A stretch of DNA of 63,813 bases, filler included, from Reclinomonas americana ATCC 50394 (lineage: Eukaryota): the NCBI GenBank assembly GCA_048213135.1. It is 5 parts of 3 records of this genome, joined end to end, with 100 filler letters (N's around TTAATTAATTAA, not from the genome) between each part and the next. Parts side by side here need not be neighbours in the genome. Positions count along the whole stretch, not along the records: positions 26,813 to 47,194 come from PS015306.1; 4 more parts are not named here. One strand, 5' to 3'. Below are positions 34,689 to 45,785 of this stretch, piece after piece (within the stretch, counting starts at the first letter, position 1; each line of letters opens with the position of its first letter). A program made the translations under genes and the position numbers. The notes below the pieces were generated by a model. The model was not told where the DNA came from and did not search any database. It saw only the letters and a list, made by a program, of their open reading frames with translations.

Positions 34689-37669
34689 TCAGGTGCCGAA
34701 TTCCTGTGCAGTAGTGAGGGGAGGGGGACATGGGGGCGGGGAAGGAAATGGGAGACACAGCTCACCGATTCTGTCTCCGAGGCTAATGTGGACATGCGGC
34801 CGAATGAGACAGAGTCTGGGTCGATGCGACCGCCTGCAACATGTGTAATGAGATAAAGGGAAGGGAGAGAGAGAGAGAGAGGAGGGAGATACAAAAAGAA
34901 GCGAAGAGGTGCAGAGAAGAAGCAGAGTACAACCGAGAACCCCGATAGAATAACAGCGTTTGTGGAACAGCTGCTTCTCAACGCCAGCAATTGAAACGAG
35001 GAAGGCAAGCCTGCAGCAAGTGGAAGACACTCTTACTTTCTCCAACACAGAAGCATGTATCAACATCCAGCTGCTTGTCAACATGAGCAACAGAAACGAA
35101 GACAACCGTATTCAACACACTTCCTCTTCCACCACGAGAAACAGAAAAGGCAAGCCTTCTGCAGAACGCTCTTCCTCTGAACAACACATAATCATGCATC
35201 AACATCCACCTGCTTCTCAACACAAGCAACAGAAACGGAAAGACAACCGCACTGCTCAACACACTTCCTCTTTCCAGTACCAGAAACTCAGAAGGCAGCT
35301 GCAACCTTCTCAGCACCGGCACAGAGAAAAGAAACTCTTCTGCTGATCCTGCTGCCTCCCTCCGAGACTGGCAAGGGAGAGAAGAAAGTCTGCTGCAAAG
35401 CATCCTTCCTCCCTCGAAGATTGTTACCGCTGACGACAGAAGGAAGAAGGCAACCATGCTGCAAAACACCCTCCCTCCAGAACCAACAACAGAGAACGGA
35501 AGGCCTGCCGCAACACTAACTCCCTCCCTCAATGCTTCTCCAACAAGTGAAACGAGAACGGCAAGCCTGTTGTGAAACGCTCTTCCTCTCCCTCAGCACC
35601 AACAACTGCAACGACCACTGAAAGCTCTTCCTTCGCCTCTTTCCCATCCCTTCCTCCTACTTCCCCCCTTCCCCATCCACCTTGCGGCTCCATATCATCA
35701 TCATACACCCTCGGCAACTTATATGACTGATGCATCTCCATCCACGCATTCAACGCCGCCAGCGCCTCATCGCGCGACGCCCTGCTCTCAAACGCCAAGA
35801 ACCATACTCGATCTGTGCAAGGGAGTCAGCGCCACCCACTCAGTGACACAGAGACAGACAGACAGACACACCCATTGGGTTCAGCGGCTCAATCACCAAC
35901 ACGTTCTGGCGACCACCATGCGCGTCTAGTCGCCGTATGCGCCCAATGCTGCTCTGCACGATTTCTCCTTTTGTTTTCCGGCCCTGCACGGAGAACAAGA
36001 GAAGATGATCATGACAAGTAGAAGAAGAAGGGGAAACAAAGGGAAGGAGGAGGACGAGAAGGAGAAAGAGAAGGAAACGGAGGAGAAGAACAAGAACAAG
36101 AGCAAGAAGCAGATGAAGAGAACAAGAAGAGAGGAGGAGGAGGAAAAGAAGAAGGGGTGAAGAAGGAGGAGAGGAAGAAGAAGCACATAAAGAGACGGGC
36201 TGACAGGAAGGAGACGACGACAGAGCAGAGCAAGAAGAGAAGAGGAAGAGGAAGAACAGCTGGTAACAGATGATGAAGAAGGACACGATGGAGAAGAGGA
36301 TCGAGGAGAAGAAGAACGAGAGGAGGAGGCGAAGAAGGAAGACAAAGAGGAGGAGAAGAGGGGCAGGAAGCAGATGGAGAGCAAACAAGAAGAGAGGAGA
36401 AGGAGAAGGAGAGGAAGAAAGAGGATGAGGCGAAGAAGGAAGACAGTGAGAAGGAGGAGAGGAAGGAAACGACGACAAAGAAGAAAAAGAACAAGATGAT
36501 CAAGAAGAGACGAGGAAGGGGGAACAGCAGGAAGCAGTTGAACAAGATCAGAGAGAAGAACGAGAAGAACGAGGAGGAGAGGAAGAAGGGCAAGAAGCAA
36601 GTGAAAACGAAGAAGAACAAGGAGAGGAAAGAGAAGGAGGGGAGAAAGAAGCAAATGATGAAGAAGAAGGGCAGGAAGCAGATGATGAAGCAGAAGAACA
36701 AGAAGAACATCAGGGAGAAGAACAAGAAGGAGGAGGAGAGAAAGAACGGCAAGAAGCAGATGAAGACGAAGAAGAACAAGGAGAGGAAAGAGAAGGAGGA
36801 GAGGAAGAAGCAAATGATGAAGAAGAAGGGCAGGAAGCAGATGATGAAGCAGAAGAACAAGAAAGAAGATGATCAGGGAGAAGAACAAGAAGAAGGAGGA
36901 GGAGAGGAAGAAGGGCAAGAAGCAGATGAAGACGAGGAAGAACAAGGAGAGGAAAGAGAAGGAGGAGAGAAAGAAGCAAATGATGAAGAAGAAGGGCAGG
37001 AAGCAGATGATGAAGCAGAAGAACAAGAAGAAGATGATAAAGAAGAAGGTCAAGGAGAAGAAGAACGCGGAAGAGGAAGAGGAGGAGGCAAAGAAGAAGC
37101 AGATGAAGAGCAAACAAGAAGAGAGGAGAAGGAGAAGGAGAGGAAGAAAGAGGAAGAGGAGGCGAACAAGGAAGACAAAGAGAAGGAGAAGAAGGGCAGG
37201 AAGCAGATGAAGAGCAAACAAGAAGAAGATGATCAAGAAGAAGAACAGGAAGCAGATGATGAAGCAGAAGAACAAGAAGAAGATCACGGAGAAGAACAAG
37301 AAGAAGGAGGAGGAGAGAAAGAAGGGCAGGAAGCAGATGAAGACGAAGACGAACAAGGAGAGGAAAGAGGACGAACAAGGAGAGGAAAGAGAAAGAAGAT
37401 ATCGATCACAAGATCACAATGCAAAGGCATCAGAAAAAAGCAGAAAAGGATCGCCCACGCAACAGGCCCATCCTTATCATGATACGTCACAATGCCACTG
37501 TCCAGCACAAAGAACCGACGCTGCCAAAAACAAAACAAATAAGCCTCAAACAAAACACAGAGTCACACACTCACACAGAGTCACACACCTTCCACGATCG
37601 CACCACAGCGCCCTCCTTGAACGCCCAAAAAAACCGCACAGAAGTCGACGAGCTGCCAGGCACACTCAT
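34689..37669 (-). CDS. Small PH-domain protein, about 6 exons
   Basis: Spliced product reads WAFKEGAVVRSWK|RRFFVLDSGIVTYHDKDGP|GRKTKGEI...VLVIEP..D|RVWFLAFESRASRDEALAALNAW. Includes a 1480-nt intron at 35984-37463. Confidence 0.8.
35990..37400. repeat. Purine-rich (GAA/GAG) intronic minisatellite with a higher-order unit of about 163 bp
   Basis: GAAGAAGAAGGGCAGGAAGCAGATGATGAAGCAGAAGAACAAG recurs, with near-identical units starting near 36547, 36709 and 36872. Confidence 0.85.
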
Positions 37670-37698
37670 TACAGACAGACACAGACAGGACACAAGAA

Positions 37699-38247
37699 AT
37701 GCTCACCAGCGCACGCCTTCATCGCCTGCTCTTCTCCTCCAGTGGTGGACGCCCTGCATCAGTGCCTATTATCCGGCTAGTCTCCGGTCGCGACCACGAC
37801 TGTGGCAACCCCGACTGCTGCGCGCATGAGCATCTAGTCGAGGTTGAGGATGCAGAGGGTGAGCGACAGGCACTTGCGCGGGAAATGGAGGCCAGTGGAG
37901 TGGTTACAGAGGCGGATCGCGGGGTGGAGGTGTTCTTTGAGCGGTTGAAGACGATGAGTGATGCAGAGGTGAAGCAGTTCTTATCGGTAAGTGCTTGGAG
38001 TGGCAGTCTGTGTTGTTTGGTGTGTTAAGCTGTTGTTGTAGAGGGCAAAGGAGCTGGAGGATGCGCAGGCGGAGAAGCAGCGGGTGAATCCGCGGACGGG
38101 CGAGGTCGATGGGCCAGCGGGTCCTGGTTGCGTCTCGCTCTCGTGCTCTCACTTGCGCCTTCTCTTCCTCTCACTTGCACGTGGTGTGGTGTAGAGCCGA
38201 CGCGGTATGGCGACTGGGAACGCAAGGGAAGGGTCACTGACTTCTGA
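37699..38247 (+). CDS. SDHAF4: Succinate dehydrogenase assembly factor 4 (Sdh8, DUF1674)
   Basis: Mitochondrial presequence-like start and the diagnostic C-terminus [31 protein letters not shown]. Two introns. Confidence 0.92.
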
Positions 38248-38267
38248 GCGGAGCTTTCGAGACTCCG

Positions 38268-39100
38268 ATGCCAAGTAGATAGATGTACAATGGAGTCTCC
38301 TCCACGTTTCATTCGACAGCAGGCGCAGAGTACTTACTGCTCAGAGTGAAACGCTAGTAGATGCAACGCTCTTCAAGCCTCCGCCTTTCGATCAACAGCA
38401 GGCGCGGAGTATTTCCAACATCAGGAGCTTGCGGCTGTCCCGCATCAAGCAAGTGGATGCAACGCTCTTCAAGCCAGGCGCAGAGTACTTTGAACATCAG
38501 GAGCTGTGCTTAGTCACAAGTAGATGCAACACTCCTCCAGATCTCCTCCCTTCGATCAACAGCTGGCGCGGAGTACTTTCTGAGCAAGTAGATTGCACTC
38601 TCTCGAGTCTCCACATTCCATTCAGCAGCTGGCGTTCTGCCATCAGGTGCTTGCAGTTCCAAGCGATCCAAGTAGATGCAAGGCTCTTATCTCCACGTCA
38701 TTCGACAGCAGGCGCAGAGAATTGCCAACATCAGGAGCTTGAGTCAAGCAAGTACAGATGCAACGATCCCAGACTCTCCGCCGTTCACTTGTCAGCCGGC
38801 GTTCTGCCATCAGGTGCTTGCAGTTCCGAGCGACAAGCAGATGCAACGCTCCTCTCTCCTCCTTGCATTCGACAGCTGGCGCAGAACGCATCAAACGTTA
38901 GGTGCCCGGTGCTTGCTTGCTTGCTGTGTCGAGTCTCCACCTTGCATTCAGCAGCTGGCGTTGGTTCTTGTAGTTCCGAGCGATCCAAGTAGATGTACTA
39001 AACTACAGGCAACGCTTCTCAGGTCTCCTCCACCATTCATTCAACAGCAGGCGCAGAATACTTTCTAACATCAGGTGCTTGCTTGCTGTTTTCGAGTGAA
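38268..39100. repeat. Degenerate tandem array of about 10 units of 70-95 bp
   Basis: Recurrent blocks AAGTAGATGCAACGCTC, TTCRNCAGCWGGCG and CATCAGGWGCTTG. Unit starts near 38356, 38452, 38519, 38587, 38671, 38751, 38836 and 38988. Confidence 0.85.
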
Positions 39101-39135
39101 ACACGCGGAGAACGACTGTCCCCATCATCCAATCC

Positions 39136-42100
39136 TTACTGGTTGGCGCGGGCAAAGCCGACCTGGTTGCCACCAACGTCGAACACGGTCGCGTCTGCAC
39201 ATTATAACAGAGAGAGAGTGAGTTGACTTAAAGAGCACGGATGGGGAGAGTGTATGTCACGCACAGGTGCTGATAAACACGTCGCCCAGAATCCACAGCT
39301 CGCCGAGCTGAGCCGGCAGGTCAATGGCCATGATGCCAATGATGCACTCGGACTGGCCGAGCTCGGACACCTTCAGCACGTACTCGGAGCCCTTCAGCTC
39401 GTAGGTCTTGCCGCTGATGGTGAACGACAGGGTCGGCAGCGTGCTGAGGTTGCTGCAGTCCTTGGCGACGGTGCCAATGGCCGCCAGCACCTTGTTGACC
39501 TCATCGCGAGGGCCAGCAATGAGCGAAGTGCCAGTGTCCACAATGGCGCTGCGTGAGGCACACAACAGTGGTGTGAGTGGAGAGCAAGAATTTAGAAGGG
39601 GGGTCGGTGAGACGCAACGGGGTGTTGGCGTTCACAATGGCCTTGCCGTTGACGTTGATGGCGTCGACACCAATCTTCCAGTAGGTGTCCGAGGTCTGCA
39701 CGCGCGACAAGGAAGAGTTAGGTGAAGGCGAAGGGAAGGCGAAGGGAAGGGAGGCAACAACAACGAACCACGGGGGTGTAGCTGAAATCGCCAGACACCT
39801 TGCTCTGGTCAATGCCGCCGAGCACCATCACGGAGGTGGTGGCACCGGGGGTCTGTGGAATGGGGGAAGGGGGGAGGTGAGGGGAAGGGAGGGGAGGGAG
39901 GGAGGGGGAAGAGTGGGGGGAAGGAGAAGGGAGAAGGAGAAGGGAGGGGAGGGGATGAGAAGGGGGGAAGAGGAAGGGGGAAGAGGAAGGGGGAAGAGAG
40001 GAGGGGGAAGAGAAGGGGAAGAGAGGAGGGGGAAGAGAAGGGTAAGAGAGGGGAAGAGGACAGACGGGAAATATGGTTGACGGGAGAGTGAACATGAGGG
40101 ATCGAGGGAGAGACAGAGACGAGGAGGAAAAGTGGTGCGAGCACAAGAATTCTGCTTCCTCACTCGCTTCTCATGAGAAGGACACGCGTTCCCAACCCTC
40201 TGCGCTCACACTGCTCCCCTTCCTCAATTCCCCCTTTCCCCTTCGTCCCCTCCACAAACCTTCGACAGGTAGAAGAAGAACTTGTTGGCCAGCTGACCAT
40301 TGCTCTGCTTCACGGCCTGGTCAAAGAAAGTCGGCACGCTGTCGACGCTGATGGCCGGGAAGGCCATGCCGAGGATGCCGTCCATCTTGCCGGCCAAGAA
40401 CGAGATGCCAGACTCCTTGGTCACCTCGCCGAAGAGCTGCGCGACGATGTTCAGGCAGGTGAGCACGGGGGGAAGGGGATGAGAGGACACGGCGGAAAAG
40501 GAGAAGAGAGGACACAGCAGGGAAAATGAAGAAGAGGCCAATGCTCTCAGACATGACAAGGAAAGCAAAAGAGGACACAGAGGAGTAGGAAGGAGACAGG
40601 AAAGAAGAAGAAGAAACACACGAGACAGGGAGGAAGAGAGAACGAGAGCAGAGAAGGTGAAGACCACGCTTGCTGAAGGCAAGAAGAGAGGCCAGCGCTC
40701 TCAGAATATAGCAGAAGAGACGAAGAGAGGACGACAAAGAAGAGAGGCCAAAGCGCTCAAACAAGGTAGGAGAGAAGAAAAGAGAAGTATGCTCTCAAGC
40801 AAAGGAGGAGAGGGAGAGAGGGAGAGACTTACGCTCTCGGTAACGGCAGGGAAGGAGAAGAGAATAGACAGGAGAAGGCACAGTTCTTGAGCAGAAGACA
40901 GGCCACCACTCTTGGACAAGCGGGGAGTGAAGATAAGCCCATGTTCTCAGAAAACGCAGAAGAGATGAAGTTCAAGGCAAGCACTCTCACACAAGCAGGA
41001 AAGAAGAAGAGAGGAAAACGCTCTGCGAAGGCAGGAGAATGAGAGGTGTAACTCTGTTAGACAAAGGAAGGAAAGAAGACGTGAGAACACAGCAGGGAGG
41101 AGAGAAGAACACACAGCAGGCAACAAAGAGAGAGGATAACGCTTTCGGAACAGACAGGAAGAGAAGAAAGAGAACACAGCAGGGAAGAAAGAGAGAGGTC
41201 AACGCCCTTAGAGCAAGGCAGGAGAAGGAGAGGAGAAGCAAAGAGAGGCGCAACAATGTTAGACAAAGGAAGGAAGACGTGAGAACACAGCAGGGAATAA
41301 AGAGAGAGGATAACGCTCTCGGAACAGGCAGGAAGAGAAGAAGAGAGGGCACAGAAGGAGGCAGGAGAAGGCAACCCTTCATCCAATCCCCCTTCAACCA
41401 ATCCCCCTTCAACCAATCCATCCACGCAACGAAGCGCTGCGACTCATCCGAGCTGGCGCCGACCGACACGTCACCGACCGTGACCTTGTCCTTGGAGAGG
41501 AAGCCGTGCACGCCACCCGACCCGTACTGAATGTCAAAGTCGCGTCCATCAACGCGGTACGTCGACGACTTGCTCGAGTCAAAGCGCGAGTGCAAGAGGC
41601 ACGAGACCGCGCGGCACTTGCTCGACGGCACCCACAGGTTGGAGGAGCCAGTGTCAAAGACGACCTTGAACGACTGCGGCGGAGTGCCAATCTGCGCAAT
41701 GCCAAAGTACTGCGCGTCCTCGTAGTCGCTCAGCGGGACGTTGTGGCCGTCGCCGAGGTCGAACGACGTCGTCGAGTCCATCAGCGACGTCGCACGCAGG
41801 CGGCCACTGCGAGAAGAAGCACCGGGGGTCAGTGCCATGTCGGAAAAACACCCCCGCACAAACAACAAACGCACACAGATACGCATGTATACAACACGAA
41901 TGGAGGGAATGAGGAGAGCAGAGAGAAGAAAAAAAGGAGCCCGGTTGTGCAACGCGTGCGTGTTGAGTTTCGAGCATTTGCAGCACTCAACTTGACCATC
42001 TCCATGCGGACACCGCCGGCCTCCTGCATCTTGCGGAGGATGCGGATGCGCTGGAGCTGCTCCTGCGCAGTCATCAGCTCGGAGCGGTGGCGCATGGGCA

Positions 42101-42188
42101 CGGCCACGCCGCCCTCGGCGGAGGCAGAGATGGCGGCCATCAGCACGGTGGCCAGGAGGGCCAGGCAGACCACGGAGAGGGTGCGCAT
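39136..42188 (-). CDS. Cathepsin D / pepsin-family (A1) aspartic protease
   Basis: Signal peptide, [53 protein letters not shown] and VGFA. Confidence 0.95.
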
Positions 42189-42557
42189 GGTGGGAGGGGG
42201 AGGCTGGGTAGGGGGAAAAGGGAGTGGTGAGGAAGGGGGGAGAGGGAGAGGCGGCGAGTGCTCCGAGGAAGACGCAACTTTTTTGTCTGAAAAAATGAGG
42301 AAATTTCGAAATGCATCGGTTTTGGGAGGCGAAGGAGGAAGATCAACGCGCGGGCACAGGTGCGTGGATGGAGGGAGAGGGAGAGGGTGAGGGTGAGAGA
42401 GACGTGTTGATTCTTCAAGCTGCTCAGTCGTTGACAGGATTTGGTGGGAATCATGGACACGACGACACTGTCGTGTTTGTCAGGTTATTGCATCCTTTTT
42501 GTGTGTGCGAGAGAGGGAGAGTGCCAGACTGCGTGTGTGTGCGTGAGAGTGTGAGAG

Positions 42558-45170
42558 ATGGCAGCTGCCGCTGGAAGTGCGACGGTGCCAGTGCGGGCGT
42601 CAAGTCGCACAGGGTTGCCGCTCAAGTGAGTCGTGCCTCTCACTCAAGTTGCACTCCACACGTGTCAGTGCTCACAACGCAGTCATGGTGTGCATCCGTA
42701 GTGTGCCTGCACTGCGTATCACCTCCGCCATGGACGGCCCGATGACGCTTGCCCTGCAACACATGGTGCTGCAGGTGTTGCCAGAGTTCCTGAACGACCC
42801 TGCTGGCGCTGGCATTGAGCACTTCGAAGAGTGGTCGAAGCAACTTAACTGCAACTCCAGTGGACGAGATCGGAGGTAACGTGCCTCGCCACGCTGTGAG
42901 GTCACGCTGCATGCTCTCCTTCGAACCTATCTGCGCACGCACTCTGTGTACCACGCCAGCGCGAGAACTCTCTCTCTCTCTCTCTAGCGTGAGCCACTTA
43001 GCGCAATGCATTACTCACAGAACTGTGGTTGACGGCTGCGGCGCCAAGATATCGGCTGCGGCTGCAGCCACCTTGCAGCAATGGCGAGGAAACATGTGTG
43101 ACTTGCCCGCGCTTGACATCTCCAATGCCGCACCGATTCTGGAGTTCGGTGCATTCATCGCCAGTGACGGCACGGTCCATCGCGTTCTCCCTGATGACCG
43201 ACAGGTGAGCCCATCGACAGCGGCGAATGCATCGTTATTTGGCTTCCTTCGAATTCCGTGCATGCATGTTCACATGCTCTCGCAGCGTGCGGCGGTTGAA
43301 TCTGTGCGAGACATCCGCAACACAATTGACCATGCAAATGATCGAGGATCGCATGCGCAGTCGCAAAAGGATCTGGAAGAACTGCTTGGTAATCTCGGTG
43401 AGCAAGGTCGGCTTCACGGAATTATTGTCGACTTGCAATTCGGTGCCGTTCTTCAGGCGCAATTATTGGAACAGCTGGATGCGGCTCGTGAGGGTGAGTA
43501 ATGAGCGCCAGCTGCACGTCGCCGTGTCTGACAAAAGCTTGATCATTATCGTTGTGATTGCAGGTCCGCTCGACGGACATAGACTCCCTCCTCGAGCTCT
43601 TGCTCTGCGCGTTAAGGAGCAGTTGATAGGCACTGTTACATGCTGCACATGTTGCGACTGCGACGAGCTGCCAAACTGGTGCAGGGTGTTTCTCTTGTTC
43701 GCTATGCTATTATTAATGGGTGGCGTGCCTGTTACCCTTGTCATAGCTTTTTCAACTTGGAAGGAACACTTTGGCGATTGGAACTTGGATTGTCGCAGCC
43801 GTGTCAACGCCACCGACTGCCGTGTTGCTTCGCTCACTCAGTGCTCCGAGTATGGAACGTGTGGCTGGTGTGCATTGCCCGCAGGCGACGACTCCGGAAC
43901 GTGTATGTTTGCTTCGAGCGGAGGTCGGCCAGCACTCTACCAGTGTGACGGGGGAATGTGGAGTGCTTTTGACAACCCGTCGTGCGATTACCGCTCTTAT
44001 ACGGTGTACTCGGTCGCTGCGTATGCGACTTCCGTGTTGGGGGTGTGCACATTTTGTTTGTTTTCTTACACGCTACTTGCTAGGTGAGGCTTTTGCTGCG
44101 CTCGCTCCCCTCCTCGCGTACATATTGTCCTAAGTAAGACTCTACAACCTCACAGGATTCGACGGTTTATGCTACGTGTTGCGCAACTGTCATATCGCAA
44201 GGTGTTTGTCCACGGATGCCGCTCGTGCCTATACCGCACGTTCCTGGTTGTCGTTAGTCCATTCCTGTACTTGATGGCTCACGCTGCCACATATGTTCCT
44301 CCCCTTATCTTGGCTGTTGCCCTGATGTTCTCGTCATCGGAGAATCTACCAGCTGTGCTGTATGGTCGCGAACGAATGGCCTTCATTTGCTGCACGTTTC
44401 TTGCGGCTTCAGCCATGAACTCTGTTCGCGAACTGGAGAAGCTGGAACGGACTGCAACATTACATAGAATGCGAATGAGACACCTTTTTGGTACGCAGGC
44501 AGTATCTTTTGGTCGCTTTTTTGTGTCTGTTGTTTACGTGCTTTATTCTTATGATTCGCGCAGCAATTGTGTTCATGAACTTATGCTGGTGGTCAGTAAT
44601 TCTGTACCCTTGGAACGGCGAGCTGGTTCCTGCAACGCGGACCACGTGGCTGGCCGTCGCAGTGTTGGTTCTGTTCGCTGCGGAAGCGGCGGGCGCCGCG
44701 GCTCGACTTGACATTGACCTCCGCGTGAGCCCTTCCGTGGGCTTCCGCTGGTTGACGTACGCATTGACTGGCATCGTCATAGCGACGAACATTGCACTTG
44801 TCATCGCCATCGCGGTGCTAGAAGTCAGAGCGCAGCGCACGTTGGACCACGACCTGTACGGCGTTGTCGGCAAGCTGCTCTCCGCTTTGTGTGGAATAAC
44901 CGTATGCAGTATTTTCCTCCGAATGGCTACTGTGCGTGTGCCGGATGCAGTCGATGTTCTCGCCAGCGATGAACCAGTTCCCCATATTGAAGTGGCTGTC
45001 TACGATGCCGGTAAGCAGAGCGGAATGACACGCATGCACCATATTAATACGGGGAACGCTCACACTGAATTGTTCATCTTGCAGAACGACAGCCACTGTT
45101 GGCGCCAGGTCACGAGCAATCATCGGTTGCCAACGTGAACGAAAGTGTTGACGCCACTGAGCAAGTGTAG
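42558..45170 (+). CDS. Hypothetical multi-pass membrane protein with a Cys-rich PSI-like extracellular loop
   Basis: In-frame splicing of several exons, a CSEYGTCGWC...C motif between hydrophobic segments, and several further hydrophobic helices. Stop at 45168-45170. Confidence 0.55.
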
Positions 45171-45785
45171 CTCAGTGATGCATTTGATTAACTCTTGTAA
45201 AACAGACATACTTAATGTGCAAACTCACACCAACAACAAAGACTTCATTCACGCAAGCACAATGATTACCGTCTCGAGTGAGCAGTAGAAACTGAGATAA
45301 TTGAATACCTCATGCTGGCGTTTCAGCACGAGATACCACGGAATGTAGCACACACATGAACTGCAGCCAGACTTCATCTTCAAACAGGCATGCAGAGAAG
45401 TGGCAAAGCGTTGATAGGAAACCAACAACATAGCCAAGCAAAGAGAAGGAGCAGAGTGGTGTTGTTGTCAACAGTGACTGCCTTTTGTTATTGAGATTGT
45501 TCAGTTGATGCTGGGGCACTCCAACAGCCAAAACTCATTCATGTGAACATATATCGCACGCTTCGTAGCGCCGCTTGCCTTGGACAGTCTGCACGCAGCA
45601 CTCCGTCATTCAGCAGCTGCACGAGAATACAAATACAACAAATGATCACTGCAAACCTCCAGCACCAAGAAACCCAACACCTCCATCCTCCCTCCCTCCC
45701 CCCTCCCCTCCCTCCCTCCCTCCCCTCCCCTCCCCTCCCTCCCTCCCTCCCTCCTCCTCCTCACCCGCCACCACCACCACCGCGG

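Noticed and set aside
35926..37482. Long Lys/Glu-rich and Phe/Leu-rich ORFs on both strands
   Set aside because: They are a by-product of a stop-poor GAA minisatellite inside an intron of the PH gene.
38268..39100. CRISPR-like array
   Set aside because: The repeats are degenerate, the linkers are related to each other, there are no cas genes, and the context is eukaryotic.
44484..44563. Apparent frameshift at a T-run between two overlapping ORFs
   Set aside because: It is resolved by a phase-1 GTACGC..GCAG intron at 44491-44563.
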